A DNA stretch of 64,000 bases, taken from NCBI RefSeq assembly GCF_009914755.1, contig NC_060939.1. One strand, given 5' to 3'. Positions 37,826-57,960 of the stretch are shown here, piece after piece. This DNA is from the human T2T-CHM13v2.0 reference genome, Homo sapiens. The translations under genes and the position numbers were made by a program. The notes below the pieces were generated by a model. That model did no database searches, was not told the DNA's origin, and worked only from the letters and a program-made list of their open reading frames with translations. Numbering within the stretch: position 1 is the first letter of the stretch; every line of letters begins with the position of its first letter.

Positions 37826-40800
37826 TTTTGTTTTGCTATAGTTGGAAATACATTAATTAGCCAGGTTTCCTGCCTGTGCTAGGTACAACACTGACCTCTT
37901 TTTCTTGCCAGATCTCTCTAATCCATTCGAGGGGCCCATTGTTCAGACACTTGACAGATAGGAAGTCCTACATGCCCATTAGAGCCGCGCCTCGACTGAA
38001 GCCAGAGCAACATAAGGTCCAAGAGACTCATTAGTTCACTGGCACAATCGTGTCCTGAGAGTAAATGAAACCCTCTGTCTCCTTATGGCTCTCATCTGCT
38101 CTGGACTTTAAAAGAAAACTGTCTCCGTTTTGTTCGGCACAGTAGTGGATCATTCACATGGTGAGAGCCCCTGCTTAACAGTACAAAACTGTTAAATCTA
38201 TCGGAAAGTTTTGCATGTGAATTTTGATTAGCACTCCCGAAGCTCAAGCTGCTGGCAATAGCGAAACGATTTCGCCATCCTACACCATTGTTTTACCCAC
38301 TTGATTGGTTTCTCAAACAATGCCACTTTCCTCCTTTGCAGCTATCATTTGCATATACCACAGAATTCAGACCTGTGAAAGTGATTGGGAGCAGGGTTCT
38401 CTACGTAAACATCTACAGCTTCAAAATTAAAGGAGAAAAATTGGTATAATAAAACAATCACTTCAAGTAATTAAGTGGAAGAAGCCAGAGGACCAGATTA
38501 AATTAGTGACATGTTTTAATTACAGAACATTTGAAAAGAAGCAATAGTCCATTATCTTTTAACACATATATGTTACATAGATACTGTGCTCTTGGTAAAC
38601 TAAGGCACGTTTCAAAAAAGAATCATTTATATGTGTACAATATCTAAAGTATCCTAAATGTATTTTAGTCACGATGAATTAATTACTGAGCTTTTGCTCT
38701 TCTAAATAGGAAACCGAAATATTTGGTGGCAAGAGGATTTTGGGGAAATGATATACCGTTTTCCAGGAAGTTTTTGGGAGAAGCACACATTAAACAATAG
38801 AGGTGTCTTTGTATGAGAAATGACCCATTATTTAATGTTGAATGTTTGCAGTGGTTGGAGAGCATTATTGGATATAAGTATCTCCCTTAATATATTACCT
38901 ATTTTATATGGACTTTAAAGAAACCAATGAGATTATAATATTAAATGTGCTACTGCCCACCTGTGCTGCCTACCTATTTAGTGACCTTTCCGTAAGCTAC
39001 TTACAGTTACCTATAGAACAAACTGGGGGCTGGGGATGTACTGTGCTGGAAGCTTCATATACATTATTTGATTGCATCTTTCCAAAAACTCCACGCATGT
39101 AGGTACAACAACTGTTCTCATTTTACATATGAGGAAATTGAGACAGAGTGTCTCACCCTATGTCTCAGGCTAAATGAAATTTGGGATTTGCTGTCTTTTA
39201 CCACAAATTCCAGCATGTTGTACAAAGTAGAGGGTTTAGTTTCACTTGTCCCAGATCATCCAAGGGATTTGCACATTTTTAGAATAACAAATTCTGGTGT
39301 GTTGCTTAAAACATAGAAAAAAACAGATTAACTTATGCATACTTCCTGCTAATGAAATGAGCTTGTACAACTGACAGCATGGCAAGGCACTGCAATTATG
39401 TGATCAAAGTCAGAAGAAAAAAATGGTGTCAGTGGAATTCTCCTATGGTGATGGATCTGTAAGACTGGTGGAGAATGATGTTGGAAAGGCGTAGAATTTG
39501 GAAGCTGGGAAGTCATGCCCTGAAGTTTCGAGAGATGGGTATAAGGTTAAGAAATCGTAGAAGCATTGGGAAAGGCTTCCAACAAAATGTAGAATAGCCT
39601 GGAAGGAGTTTGGGGAGAATTATTTCAGCTATGTCATCCTAAGAATTGTAAGCGTCCTATTTTTTAAGTATAAAAATACGTATTTTATCACAAGTAATAT
39701 GTTAGTAACCATCTGATAGCTTTAACAATTAATAATCATTTGTATTCATTTGGCACCTTTCTTCCAAAGAGCTCAAAGCACTTTACATTTGTTATCTCAT
39801 TAATTCCCAACACTGTCCCTGTGGGGAAGGTAATAAGTATTTTAACATTTAAATGTTTATCTTTCAGAATTTCTCAAGCATACATTAATTATATTTCCAA
39901 AAATGTAAATGTTCATTAGTTTTATTTTACTGTTCCTCTGGCTTTAATGTGCATAACAAATTTGTGCAACTCTTTAAATGTACTAATCATGGTAAATCCC
40001 ATCTGGAAAACCGTAAATGAAGTTGCCAAGATAATGTGAGGGTGGCAGCTGGGGGACGGGGGAAGCATTCGACTACACTTTTCTCGCTGGAAGAAGTTTG
40101 GATCAACCCATCGCAATGGGCTCTTCTGAATCTTCTCCACATATCATTCCTTCCAAGAGGTGTGCCACAGGAAGCTCAGGACTGCATCTAAGAGCTTGAA
40201 GCCGATAGAGCTACTATTTATACCATTGTTTTATTAATGACTTCATCAGTGGGGAACAGAAACTTGAGGCATGCTGTTAGGAATTACATCCCAAAGAGTC
40301 ACAGAATAATAAGGGCCAGGAACTGGTCTCCCCAGCCCTCTCTGTCTCGGGCCTGGTCATACTTTCCTCAATTTTCTAAGTAGAAAAATGGCAGAGCATA
40401 TAGTACCTGCTCCTCAGGGAAGCAGTCGAGATGAATTGGCCAATGTTGGGAGAGTGTTTCAAAGATGAAGCGTTCTATATAAATGTTTAAGTATTATTAT
40501 TACATGGCTACTTCAAATGGAAGTTCTAACTTTGAAATGTGATTATACACTTTCCAAAAAAAAACCCTTCATAACTACATATATAGGTTTATTTTTCACT
40601 CTAACAGTCTAACTCATGGTTGTGAAACTTTATTGCAGTTGATGGAGGGCCTTGGCTTTTATTAGTTTTAAACTGCTGGTTTCTGGGGTATTTATGTAAA
40701 TGAGGGAAAGACAACAAAACAGTAAATAATAAGCATGTCCCTGCTGTTTAAAAATCTGTTGGTGAAAACAACTTTTGTTATAAGAAGACCCTAAATATAG

Positions 40801-41299
40801 CACAGAAAAATATAGCTTTGCCATTAACATTTTGTTTCACTTTTACAATTGTCACCATATACATGTGCATCACCACACATGCACACACATACACACACAC
40901 ACACAGGCAGAAAGGAGAGAGAGAAGTGAGCAAAATGCTACATTTTAAGATTTTTTTATTTAACAAACTGTTATAAAGTATACCAGATGGCTAATTATAG
41001 CTCCCAGAAACAAAAGGCCACACCCAAGTTTACTGCAATCGCCTCATAAGGAATGTTAGGATGAAATCATGGTCCCATAAACTCGACAGCAAAACCGCAG
41101 ACCCTCCATTGGTTGCGAAATAAACTCCAAATCAAAATTAAAATTTTGATTCATTTAAAGATTCATGCCACTTTGTTTCCCAGGAGAGGACACAAAATAC
41201 TTTGCGATCATTGAAAAACTCAAAATGATTTAGGAACATGCTCTTTGTTTCCAGATTCCCTTTCCACGCTTTTCATTTTCTTGGGCTTTATTTTTCCAA

Positions 41300-42540
41300 G
41301 TTGAATATCTATAAACACATTGCTAAGCCAAAAAATTAGATCGTTTGCAACAATAGTGAAGAATCTAAAGGTCTAAATGTTCAGTAATAGGGTATTGTTT
41401 TAAAAATATGAAATATCTACATTAAAGACTTCTATACAGCCATTCAAAAATCATGTTTCTACACCAACCATACAACCCAGCCATTCCACTCCTAGGTATT
41501 TGCCCAAGAGAAAAGAAAGCATATGTCCATACAAAGACTTGTACAGGAATGACCAAAGCAACTTGGTTTACAATACCCCAAGGCTGGAAACAACCCAAAT
41601 GTCCATCAGCAGATGAGTGAATTAAAAAATACTGGGATATCCATAAAATGGAACACCATTGAGCAATGAAAAGAAATAAACTATTAATAAATCAACAGCA
41701 TAGAAGAATCTCTATGTTGAATGAAAAAATTCAGACAAAAAACGTACATACCTATTTAACATTCTAGAACATAAAAACTATAGTTAAGTAGTAACCTGAG
41801 GATGGGAGATGGGGTGGGAATAGGGTGAGGAGGAGGAGGAGGAAGAAGATTACAAAGAGGCAGAAGGAAAATGCTGGGTGATGGGTATTTTCACTATACT
41901 GACATACAAATGATTTATTGGATATATATAGATGTCAAAACTTATCTTGTACACGTTAAATACTGTCAAAGATAAATAAGACTGGACACTAGTAAAAGTG
42001 GTAAGGACAGATTTTAATCAGTAATACACTATTGCAATAGGGAAAAGGGTCCAGTGTAAACTGAATTCAACTTCAATTTCTAGAGAGGTGACTGGGCATT
42101 GTAAGGGGAGAATGAGGGAATAGAAGAGGGGACAGTGGCTGCTCGGTAGAGTAGGGAAGTGAGAAATAAAAACCAGGAAGCAGGGTTGGTTCATGTGAAA
42201 CTCATCTGGTTTTGCTAACTGACACAGAAGTTAGGCTCCTATCCTCCCACAGAGACTGGGAGACGGGGGCCCTAATTTAGGATTGGCTACAAGAAAGTTT
42301 ATTCTTTTTGCAGCCTGGAGTTTTCTCAGGCAGGTATTTTAAGAGGGTGCTAGGGTCATCTTAGGCTTGCAGCCTTGAGCTATTAGAAACTATGTTAATG
42401 TTTGTTCAAGTCTTCATAGGCCAAGGTTAAGGCCTGGTCAAGAAGAGGGCTGGGAGGAGCCTGGCTGGAGTTTAGTCAAGGAGAGAATCTTTGTCAATAT
42501 GTGCAGTTTATGAATGTCAATAATACCTCAAAAAGCTGTT
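41300..42540 (+). mobile_element. Old L1M 3' end hosting an LTR
   Basis: ccattccactcctaggtattt, ggaaacaacccaaatgtccatc; resumes as atatgtgcagtttat after the LTR. Confidence 0.7.
41964..42496 (-). mobile_element. ERV1-class solo LTR (MER31-like)
   Basis: TG...CA termini; minus strand begins tgacaaagattctctccttgact; 4-bp TSD atac/atat. Confidence 0.8.
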
Positions 42541-43089
42541 TTTTAAAAATCGTGTATTAGGAGAATATGTTATAAGTGAAATTATATTCATTAAAATAAA
42601 ATGTTATTACTAAATAAACATATTTTAAAATGTTTTCAATAGCATGAAAACTATTGTTTTTATTCTAAGCGTAATGCCCTTTGTCTAAATACTCTAGAAT
42701 TCACATCCAGACCATGTCTTTGTTGCCATACCTAATCAACTCTGTGCCATACCACAGAGAATGCATAAAAGGGCAAATGCCTCCACTCACCTGCAAATAT
42801 TTGGAAGGACAGAATAGTGATTATGTGGCATCTGTAGGTATTCTAAATGGGTATGGAATATGTATGACATCTATTTCAGATTTAAATGTCTTAATGGGTT
42901 TTAGTTTCAGCTCTTTCCTTAATAAACAAATAATTTCTCTTCCTTAGTTCTCAGGTTTCTGATACATAAAATAGGAAAGAGGAACTGATATTTAAGCTTC
43001 CTTCCAGCTCTGATGTTCTACAATTCTATGCCACCGTCATCGATGTATATAAAAGAGACAGAATTGCTGTTGTTGTTGCTGTTGTTTAA

Positions 43090-43455
<366 letters not shown>

Positions 43456-43806
43456 TGAAAATATTTTGAAAATACTTTGCCCCTTAAACGCCCCCATCTA
43501 CTATCCAAAAGGCCTATGATTTTAAATGGTTGCAAAATATTGCATCATTTTAGAATAGTTCATTGCAACACATTTTTCTTATGGAAGGGAGCCATATGAA
43601 GCCAAGTACAACACGTCCTTTACACTGGGATCATGTCCTTCATTTTTTGGGTTTCATTCTTGGCACTGAGCTCTCAGTTATTGTTAATCAACAAAACTGA
43701 TGGAAACACCTTATTTTGAAAGCATTTTTATTTGAACTGATGTCATGTATACCTTCTGCACTAGAAGATCTTGATGGAAAAAGATGAAATAGAAATGAGA
43801 ATAAGA

Positions 43807-44241
<435 letters not shown>

Positions 44242-45158
44242 CTAATATTCCATCTTGCAATATAATCCCTGGTGAACTGCATACATTAGATATAATAAAA
44301 TGGTGAAACTATTTCTACCTGACACCTTTAATCCCATCTTCTAAAGACATCCTAAAATGCCACCATGTTTCCTGGGCACCATCAACCAGCCGGCAGGCAC
44401 AGCCTTTTTAGGAAGTATTCTGACATTCATGCAGCAAGGTCTGGACAAGGAGCTGAAAGCAAGATGATTCTATATCCCTCTACAAAGACCACACTTGTTA
44501 TTATGACCAAAACTTATGTGTAAACACTTCTTTGAACTTCATCGCCAAGGCAGAAACCTCTCTGCTGCTTTTATTCTCACTACGGCTCATAAGATCTTGG
44601 CACTAACACATGAAAACAAAAACTTATAGATGACATAAGCTTTCAAAAATACTCATAAACATTCTTCTTAAGATGACTTTGTCTTTCAGGATGCCTGTAG
44701 AGTTTTTTATTTTTCTAATTATGGAAACGTACCCTCATTCCAGAAAACAAATAGTGTAACATAGCTTCTTCAAAAACATATAAAAAATAAAAAATTTAAA
44801 AAAAACTTTGTAAAACAGGAAAGCATAAGAAAAAAAAATTAAATCAATTTTTATTCCACCACCTGGAGATAACCACTGTCAAGGTTTTGGAGTGTATCTG
44901 CCATGATTCCTGCCTAGGTCCTCTGTGTTTGCCATTCCCTCTCCCTGGGACACTCTTCCCTCCGCAGCTTGCCTGGCTCACTCACTTGCTGCATTCTGGT
45001 CTCTGCCCAGCTCTCACCAGACCAGAGGGGCCTCCCTGACCACCCTCATAAAGTAGTAGCACCATTACTCTCTATTCTCTTACTCTGCTTTATTTTTCTT
45101 CAAAGCCAATTAACAATGTGTGGTATTATGTAATATCACATAATAGATATGTTACTTA

Positions 45159-45500
<342 letters not shown>

Positions 45501-47398
45501 AGTATGTATATAAACAAATGTACATATATAAACACACATATATACACGTACATATCTCCTAGAACATTCTCTCTCAGTAGTAACAGTTGCTTGCTTAATA
45601 TATATTGCATTTATTCTTTTATCATTTTGAGTTTCTATTATATAGATTCTTTTTTCTTTGCATATATAAACTTAGAAATAGGATCATCCCAGACATATTG
45701 TACAGACTGTGTTTTTTACTTAGCAGTAAATTATCAAGATACACTGGAAATTCTTACCCAGTGAGATTTTAATAATGGCATAAAGGATGTTAAAAATTCC
45801 CTATTGTTAGACCGGTACATGGGCATTTTGATACATCCACCAGATACATATCATGTTAGCATCAACCAGTTAAGAAAGTTAATATTAATAACACATATTC
45901 ATATGGTACTTTATAAAGTATTTTCATATCTTGTTTGATCCTACAATAAACTCAAGTAAACAGAGCAGAAACTCAGGTTAAATAATTTCCTTGAAATAAT
46001 ATAACTAGTGGTAGGGAGTCCAGACTCAAAGGTAGGTCTACCTGTCTCTTCACCATACCTCATAGTCCCTGGTTGAAGCCTTCATTTTATAGATAAGTGA
46101 TCCATGCTTAGAGAAGGGGGAAGTGATGTGACCACAGTCACATGGCTTCTTCAAGAAAGAACAGAGATAAGAACCCAAGACTCCTGACTCCCTGTCCATA
46201 GCTCTTGCAACTACTCCGTCTCTCCACTGCATGCTGGCTCAATAAATTAGAATAAAATTCGTAACTTGCTGCACAGTTAAAATGGCGACCGATGCATGCT
46301 GTTATCCTTCTCTGAAGATTACTCAGTATATTTGCTTGGTGCTGCAAAGTGCCAACCTGATGACACTTGCAATCCTGAGCTTATTTGATGTGGTTGGGAA
46401 GCAAATGAGATTCCAGTGCCCCTGTTGCGCATAGGTGCTCAATGAGCATTTCCTGCATGGTGGGGAAGTGCCCTATATTTGCAGTATTTGATCCAGTTTA
46501 ACAGCAAGATCCCGTGATAAAATTAGCCTTGTAAAAGTTTTCACCCTAGTTCACACAAAAATAAGATTCTGTGATTATGACTAGCAATTTTTCATGAGTT
46601 GATTTATCTGAAGAAAACCTAAAAGGTTTTGAACCATTAAGCATTCGATTTAGGAAAAAACAAAAACAAAAAAAACTTCGTGTACAGAAGAATAAACTGA
46701 GAAATGAAACAGACTTGTTTCTTGTAATAATTATGAGCAATATCTGAAACTCAGCATCCTTAGACCATTGAGCTGTGTAGGATGAATGTGCTAATTAATC
46801 AATTACTACCCAACAATGTACCCTGTTTATTTACTGAAATGCACCAGAAACGTGCACAGAACTGGTAATTATTAATCATCTTCAGTAACAAATATGACTC
46901 AAGTTCACCTTCATATAATTAATAGAGCACGTAGTTAGCTTTAACATCTTGCTTTATTAGGAATAACGATGAGAAATAAAAAAAGAAGCTGAACCCCAAG
47001 TTGTGGTTCACGGAGATGCTGGCTTGGACTAATGTGCATATTATCCATAGCAGCAGCATTACTCATACCCACCCCAATTGCAGCCAGATGCTCTCTAAGT
47101 TAAAACCTAACTTTTAAAAACTAAACATTTTTGTTTGAATAAAATTTTAGGCTTATAGAAAAGTTGTAAAAACAGTCCAAAGAATCCACATATACGCTTT
47201 CCTCAGGTTCCCCAAATCAAACCCGAGTTTTAGAGTGTGATAATTTACTTACATTTGGGACCTTTGTTGGGGGTGTCCAAACTTATTAGCACATGGCTTT
47301 CCATTTTAAAGATAATCTAAAAGTACTTTTCAATATACATAGAAATAGTTGTTTTACATCAATTTTTAAAAGTAATCTAGTTTTGAAAGTCACTCTTT

Positions 47399-47720
<322 letters not shown>

Positions 47721-48767
47721 ATTCTTTTTGAGTCATCATGCATGCCCCCAAATTTCCTTTCAGCCAGACAGATTTCTGGTTAAGAGGGTTGTATTTTGGG
47801 TCTAGAATGCTATTTCCTGAGTCTTTGTGTTCAAAGCATGGGTTTTTGAGTCCAGCTCTTACAGGTTCAAATCCCAGCTCCACCACCTGCCTGCTTTGTG
47901 ACTGTGAATAACCACATCACCCTCTCCGACCTCTGACATTTCATTTCCTCAGCCTGAAAATGAAGAAAATGAAACTTTGCTTTGAGTGTTGTTTAAATGA
48001 GACAGTAGCTATAAAGCACCTAGAATAACATAAACACCCAGAAACTGGTAGATATCATTACATGGAGATTAATACCCTCTGTAGCTACTTTTTGCTTAAG
48101 AAACTGAAATGTGCACACACAAAGTGGTATTTCACACAATGGAAGCTGCAAAGGCAGGTTAACGTTTTTGAAAGTTTTCTCCTGAAAGAAAAAATTAGAG
48201 AAAGTCTAGTGTTATTGTGCAGTAAATTAAAAACCTCCACCATCTGAAAATACCAGTGGAACTTCACTTCAAAAACCTAAACTGACAAATCATAAATCAG
48301 CTGGTGGACTACTGTATTTCCATTATCACATGATTCAACGACTGTTTAAATGGAGGGCCCCCTCAGGGCATTTCAGTATTTGTTTATAGATCATTAACTA
48401 CTTGACAGTGAGATGGGGTATGGGAGGGGGCAGAGACACTTAAACCTAAAGGGCTAAGAGCCACTGTCATTGAAGATCAGCAATGAAGCCAAAACGTTTT
48501 TAGGATTAGATGTGAAAATATTATTCATGTTACCAAAATGTCACATGCTTTTCATGAATGTATCTGTTGATAAAACAAGGCTCACTTTATGAAGATGGAA
48601 TCATAACTACGACCCATGTGATAAGGTGAATTTATTTGGCTATGTTTTCAAATACTTCCACAATACTTCCCCCAACATATGAGGATTTGTGATATTGGAA
48701 ACATGCCCATAAAATGGACTGTTACTATCAGCATATGTCATTATCAGGTTTTAAAAGTCACAAATAT

Positions 48768-49062
48768 AGGCTGGGCAGGGTGGCCCACGCCCAAAATCTC
48801 AGCATCTTGGGAGGCAGGAGGATCGCTTGAGCCCAGGAGTTCAAGACTAGCATGGGCAACATATGGAAATTCCATCTCTACAAAAAATAAAAAACTTAGC
48901 TGGGTGTGGTGGCATGTGCCTGTAGTCCCATCTACTCAGGAGGCTGAGGTGGGAGGATCATCTGAGTCTAGGAGATTGAGGCTGCAGTGAGTTGAGATCG
49001 CGCCACTGAACTCCAGCCTGGGTGACAGAGCAAGACCCTAACTCGAAAAAGAAAAAAAAAAG
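48768..49062 (+). mobile_element. Alu (AluJ-like)
   Basis: Diverged dimer. Confidence 0.85.
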
Positions 49063-49125
49063 TCATGAATATGTTTCCTTGCCTCCAGATTCCAGAGCAT
49101 CAGCACTCACAGCAGGAGATGGGAG

Positions 49126-49641
49126 TATAACCATAATTGTTTCACTGCCTGATGTGCACAGCAAGGTAATACACCAAGACACCAGGGTGTAGCAGAGAAA
49201 GAATGAGATGGGAGGAAATCTCAAATTTGTCTCACCTAGGAGGTCGGGGCTGGGCTGGGTTTTTAAGGGTTTTAGGGCAGACCAAAGTGTGGAGAACATT
49301 GATTGGTCAAAGAGTGCAGGGCAAAGCCATGAGACAGAAAGATGAAGAAAGTGGATTCTCATGGTGATTCCGTTCCTCTGTGGAGGTTCAAACTGGTTGG
49401 TGTCAGCTGTTTCACTGGAATTTGAGATCTGAAAAACATCTTAAGCAATTCTTAAAGAAAAGCCTTACGATTCTGAAGTCAGAAATCCCATCTATGGGAA
49501 CAGTGGGGATGCAAGTGGTCAGTACGTAGTGCTGTGTGACTTTCAGTCACAAGGAAGTGGGCCAAAGAGCAGCCTGATTAATGCTTAATTGTAGCTCTAT
49601 TTCTGTCCAGAACTCTTGCTAAACCTAAGAGGACAGCTTCA
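49126..49641 (-). mobile_element. ERV1/MER4-group solo LTR (MER66-like)
   Basis: Flanked by a GGAG 4-bp TSD; the minus strand starts tgaagctg; CCAAT-like box present. Confidence 0.6.
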
Positions 49642-50949
49642 GGAGTAGAACTGTTTCCTAACAAAAAGCACACTGAAAGCCAGGAGGACAGGATTTTTAG
49701 TCTTGATTCTGATATATGACCTTGGATACGTTTTTTACCTATTCTGTAGTTTAATTTCTCCAACGATCAAAATTAAAATTTTAGTTAAAACCACTGACCC
49801 TACATATTGTAATTTCCCTTCTCTGACATCTTTCAAATGTACTAATTGTATTCACTTTACCCACTTTCCCCCATACCCCTCATTTATTCAACAAGTAGAG
49901 TGCCTTCCATATGCCAAGTACTGTTTTAGGCGCTGGGATCACAAAAGTTAATAAAACAGACATAAATCCCTAGCCTTAGGAAGTCTACATTCCAGTGAAG
50001 ACAGACACCGACAGTAGTTGAGATACAAGATGCTTTTGGATGAAGTCTGTACCCACTATGTTAACAGTGAAGTGCTTTACTAGAGTAATTCTTCTTGCCA
50101 CTCTGTAACAGCAGCCCGAGCTGCCAGCCTGCTCCTTGGGGGTTTTCAGAACATCAATCAGTTCCACAGAAGGACTCAAGAAGATCTAGAAAAGAATACA
50201 GCAGCTCCTTCCTTTCCTAATGACTTCTGCCATAACTCAGTACTTCCATGAGGATAATTCTGCATAAAGCCAATGTATATTGTCTTTGCCAGGGCAACAC
50301 AAGGATACAGGAGCGGAGCAGTGAGTGGCATTTGCCACTGGTGGGAGGGGGGAGAATTAATGAACATTCATCCAGCTGCAAGGGTCTCTCAAGCCATCTC
50401 TTCTGGTGCTGAGCATGGCTTAGAGGGCACTGAGCCATTAAGCAGATTTGGGTTTCTCGAAAACCCATGTCTGTGGCTCCTGTGAGTATCTGTTTTTAAG
50501 TTCTAAAGCATTCTGGAATATGAATGGGACAGCATCCTCTCCATGGTCCTTCTTTCCTGGAACCAAAGGTCCTTAGGCCTCAAAGTAGAAATTTAAAATA
50601 AAATCCTAAATGTAAACATTTCTATCTCTTTTTCATAGTTCCTTTATCTTTTACCAACATGCTGACATAGGCACCCAGTAACTGTCCTATACTTCTCCCT
50701 CTGGGAAAAGCAGTGAGTTGAATACTACATCCCCACTCTACTCTGTTTTAAATCACACTTAGAAATATATGAGTAAATCAGGATCTCACAGTAAGATCAG
50801 AAAAGCAACATGAGAATAACTATTCGGTACATGTACAGGATCAGATCTGGGTCAAGTCCACAGTGACATGTTCTCTGCACATACTTAATGAACGCTAACA
50901 ATAGGATGTGTTAATATACAGTACTACCTGTAGAACTCATTTTCTGTTT

Positions 50950-52820
<1,871 letters not shown>

Positions 52821-53933
52821 AAATTCATTTTTAATATGTTCTAAGCACCTACAATGTTCTACATGCCTTTAAAACAAAAACAGGAGTGCAAAGTCCCTTC
52901 TAGGAGCAGCATGAAGTATTTGTGCACATGCTAAATGCTGTACACAGTATCGGTCTTTATAATCATTTTAAGGGGTTCCTTCTAAGAGATATGCCATTTC
53001 TCTATGCTATGTGGAAAAACGTATTTAATGCTTTCTTAATTATAGGATATAATTTTTTTAAAAACATAGACTTAGTCTTTTGAGTGTCAACCTTCGCACA
53101 CATCCCTAGGCCTCTTTGTTTCACAGCCATGAAGAATTGGAACTGAAAAGAAAATCAAGCATATGATCTGAGTTGCAGGTTGGTTTTTGTTGTTGTTTTG
53201 AGAAATTATCTTATTTCAATTATGGAAGTGGCACCATATAATCTTAAAGTCAGAAGAGATGTTATTTTCTCCATCTCTGTATCTTTAGGTAGGGGAATGT
53301 TTCATTCAAACACTCTTAAATATGGGGTGTGGCCCACCATTTTCATCTCTCTTTGGGGGAACTTTCTACCTTAGAATAGAAAAGAAAGGGAGATAGTGAA
53401 AGAGCCTCAGGTTAAGAGAAACCCTCACTGCTGACGAGGTCTAGCCAAGAGAGCTGCTCCCAACAGAAGTCCTTCAGTTTGCTAGCCCTTTTCCCAAGCC
53501 TTCTTGATGTGAAAATGCAGTGAACATATGTAATATCTGGTTCTCTTTGTCAGTGGTTTTCATCTCATATGCCACAGAACCTAGGGTTTCTCAGACATAC
53601 TTCAGGGGTTCTGCACATGTTCAATTCAAATGTCATGTTTTTTAAAAAAAGATTTTTATATTGCCAAAAGAGAGATAATGCCAAAATTTAACATATTGCA
53701 AACTGCCCACACATTAATTTTAGGTTAAGTCATTTCAGTGTAGATCTCATAATTAATCTCCTGCTGCCATTTTTGTAATTGAAGCACATGGCCAGATTTC
53801 AAGGTGCATAATTTAAAAATCACTCTTATTTGTATCTAATTCTCTGAAGAAATCGGAATTTTCTTGATAGTATACAACCAAAACAGAAGATGCAGAAATA
53901 AACTGGATACTGAGTCTGCTGTAACTGCAACTA

Positions 53934-54705
<772 letters not shown>

Positions 54706-55020
54706 ACCACAACCCCCAGCTTCAACATTTTGCAAGCAACAGGATCAAGAGTCCTGTGGCAGTGGGGCCAGCAATGGCATGCTCGCCAGACTAGTTCCTG
54801 TTGGTCTTATCTATGTCTTTGCTGTTCGGACTCTCCTCGTTCCTTCCCATTTTCTGAGCCTGGTTCTCTAGACTTCTTGTTTACTATTTGGGCTACCTAA
54901 TTTTCCTCCAATGAATCCCCTTTCTGCTCAAAACAAAAGAAAATCCAAGACAACAACACACTGAAGTTTCATTGTTTTGTTTTTTATCTATAAAGTTAAT
55001 ATAAAAAATTTGAACTTACA

Positions 55021-56346
<1,326 letters not shown>

Positions 56347-56979
56347 CTACATCCCCCTTGAGTTTTTAGCAACGATAGTAATTGTTATATGATGCTTAAC
56401 GCGTAATTACTGTACCTCATTTACATAAGGTGGTTTCAGACACATCATCTTGTTTATGTATGGCCTCTCCAAACAAAATGAGTTTAGGACAAAAGAGGAA
56501 ATCCTTTTCTAAAAGCAGTTTTGTCCGTAAGTTACTGCCTCAAGAGGCCGCAAAGTTTGAGCAAAGCTTTTCCGAAAGTAATGGATTGGTAATGGGTGAC
56601 TGAGGTCCACAAAGCTCGATAAGAGGCTCCTGGTCCGTCTACCAGGTTCTTAGAGGGAGGTGCCTTTGTGTGTTCGGACGCTGCACTGAGACACGTGAGG
56701 TTTTTAAATAAACTTTTGATTTTGAAATCTCTGGGACTAATTTTAAACAGTGAACCCGACAGCGAGGACCTACACACAAAAGTGCTCCCGGCCTTACCAA
56801 ACAACGCAGACCCGGGGTCACGCCTCGTCCTGTTTCAACAACGACACCCAAGGGCTTCCCTGGAGCCCAGGGCGTGGGAGGGAGACTTGGGTTTGAGTTC
56901 TGCACCTTGCGGAGGTGGTTAGTTATTTAATTGTCTTCCACCTGAATTTTCCTCAGGCCCAAATTGATGAGACCTCCCC

Positions 56980-57960
<981 letters not shown>

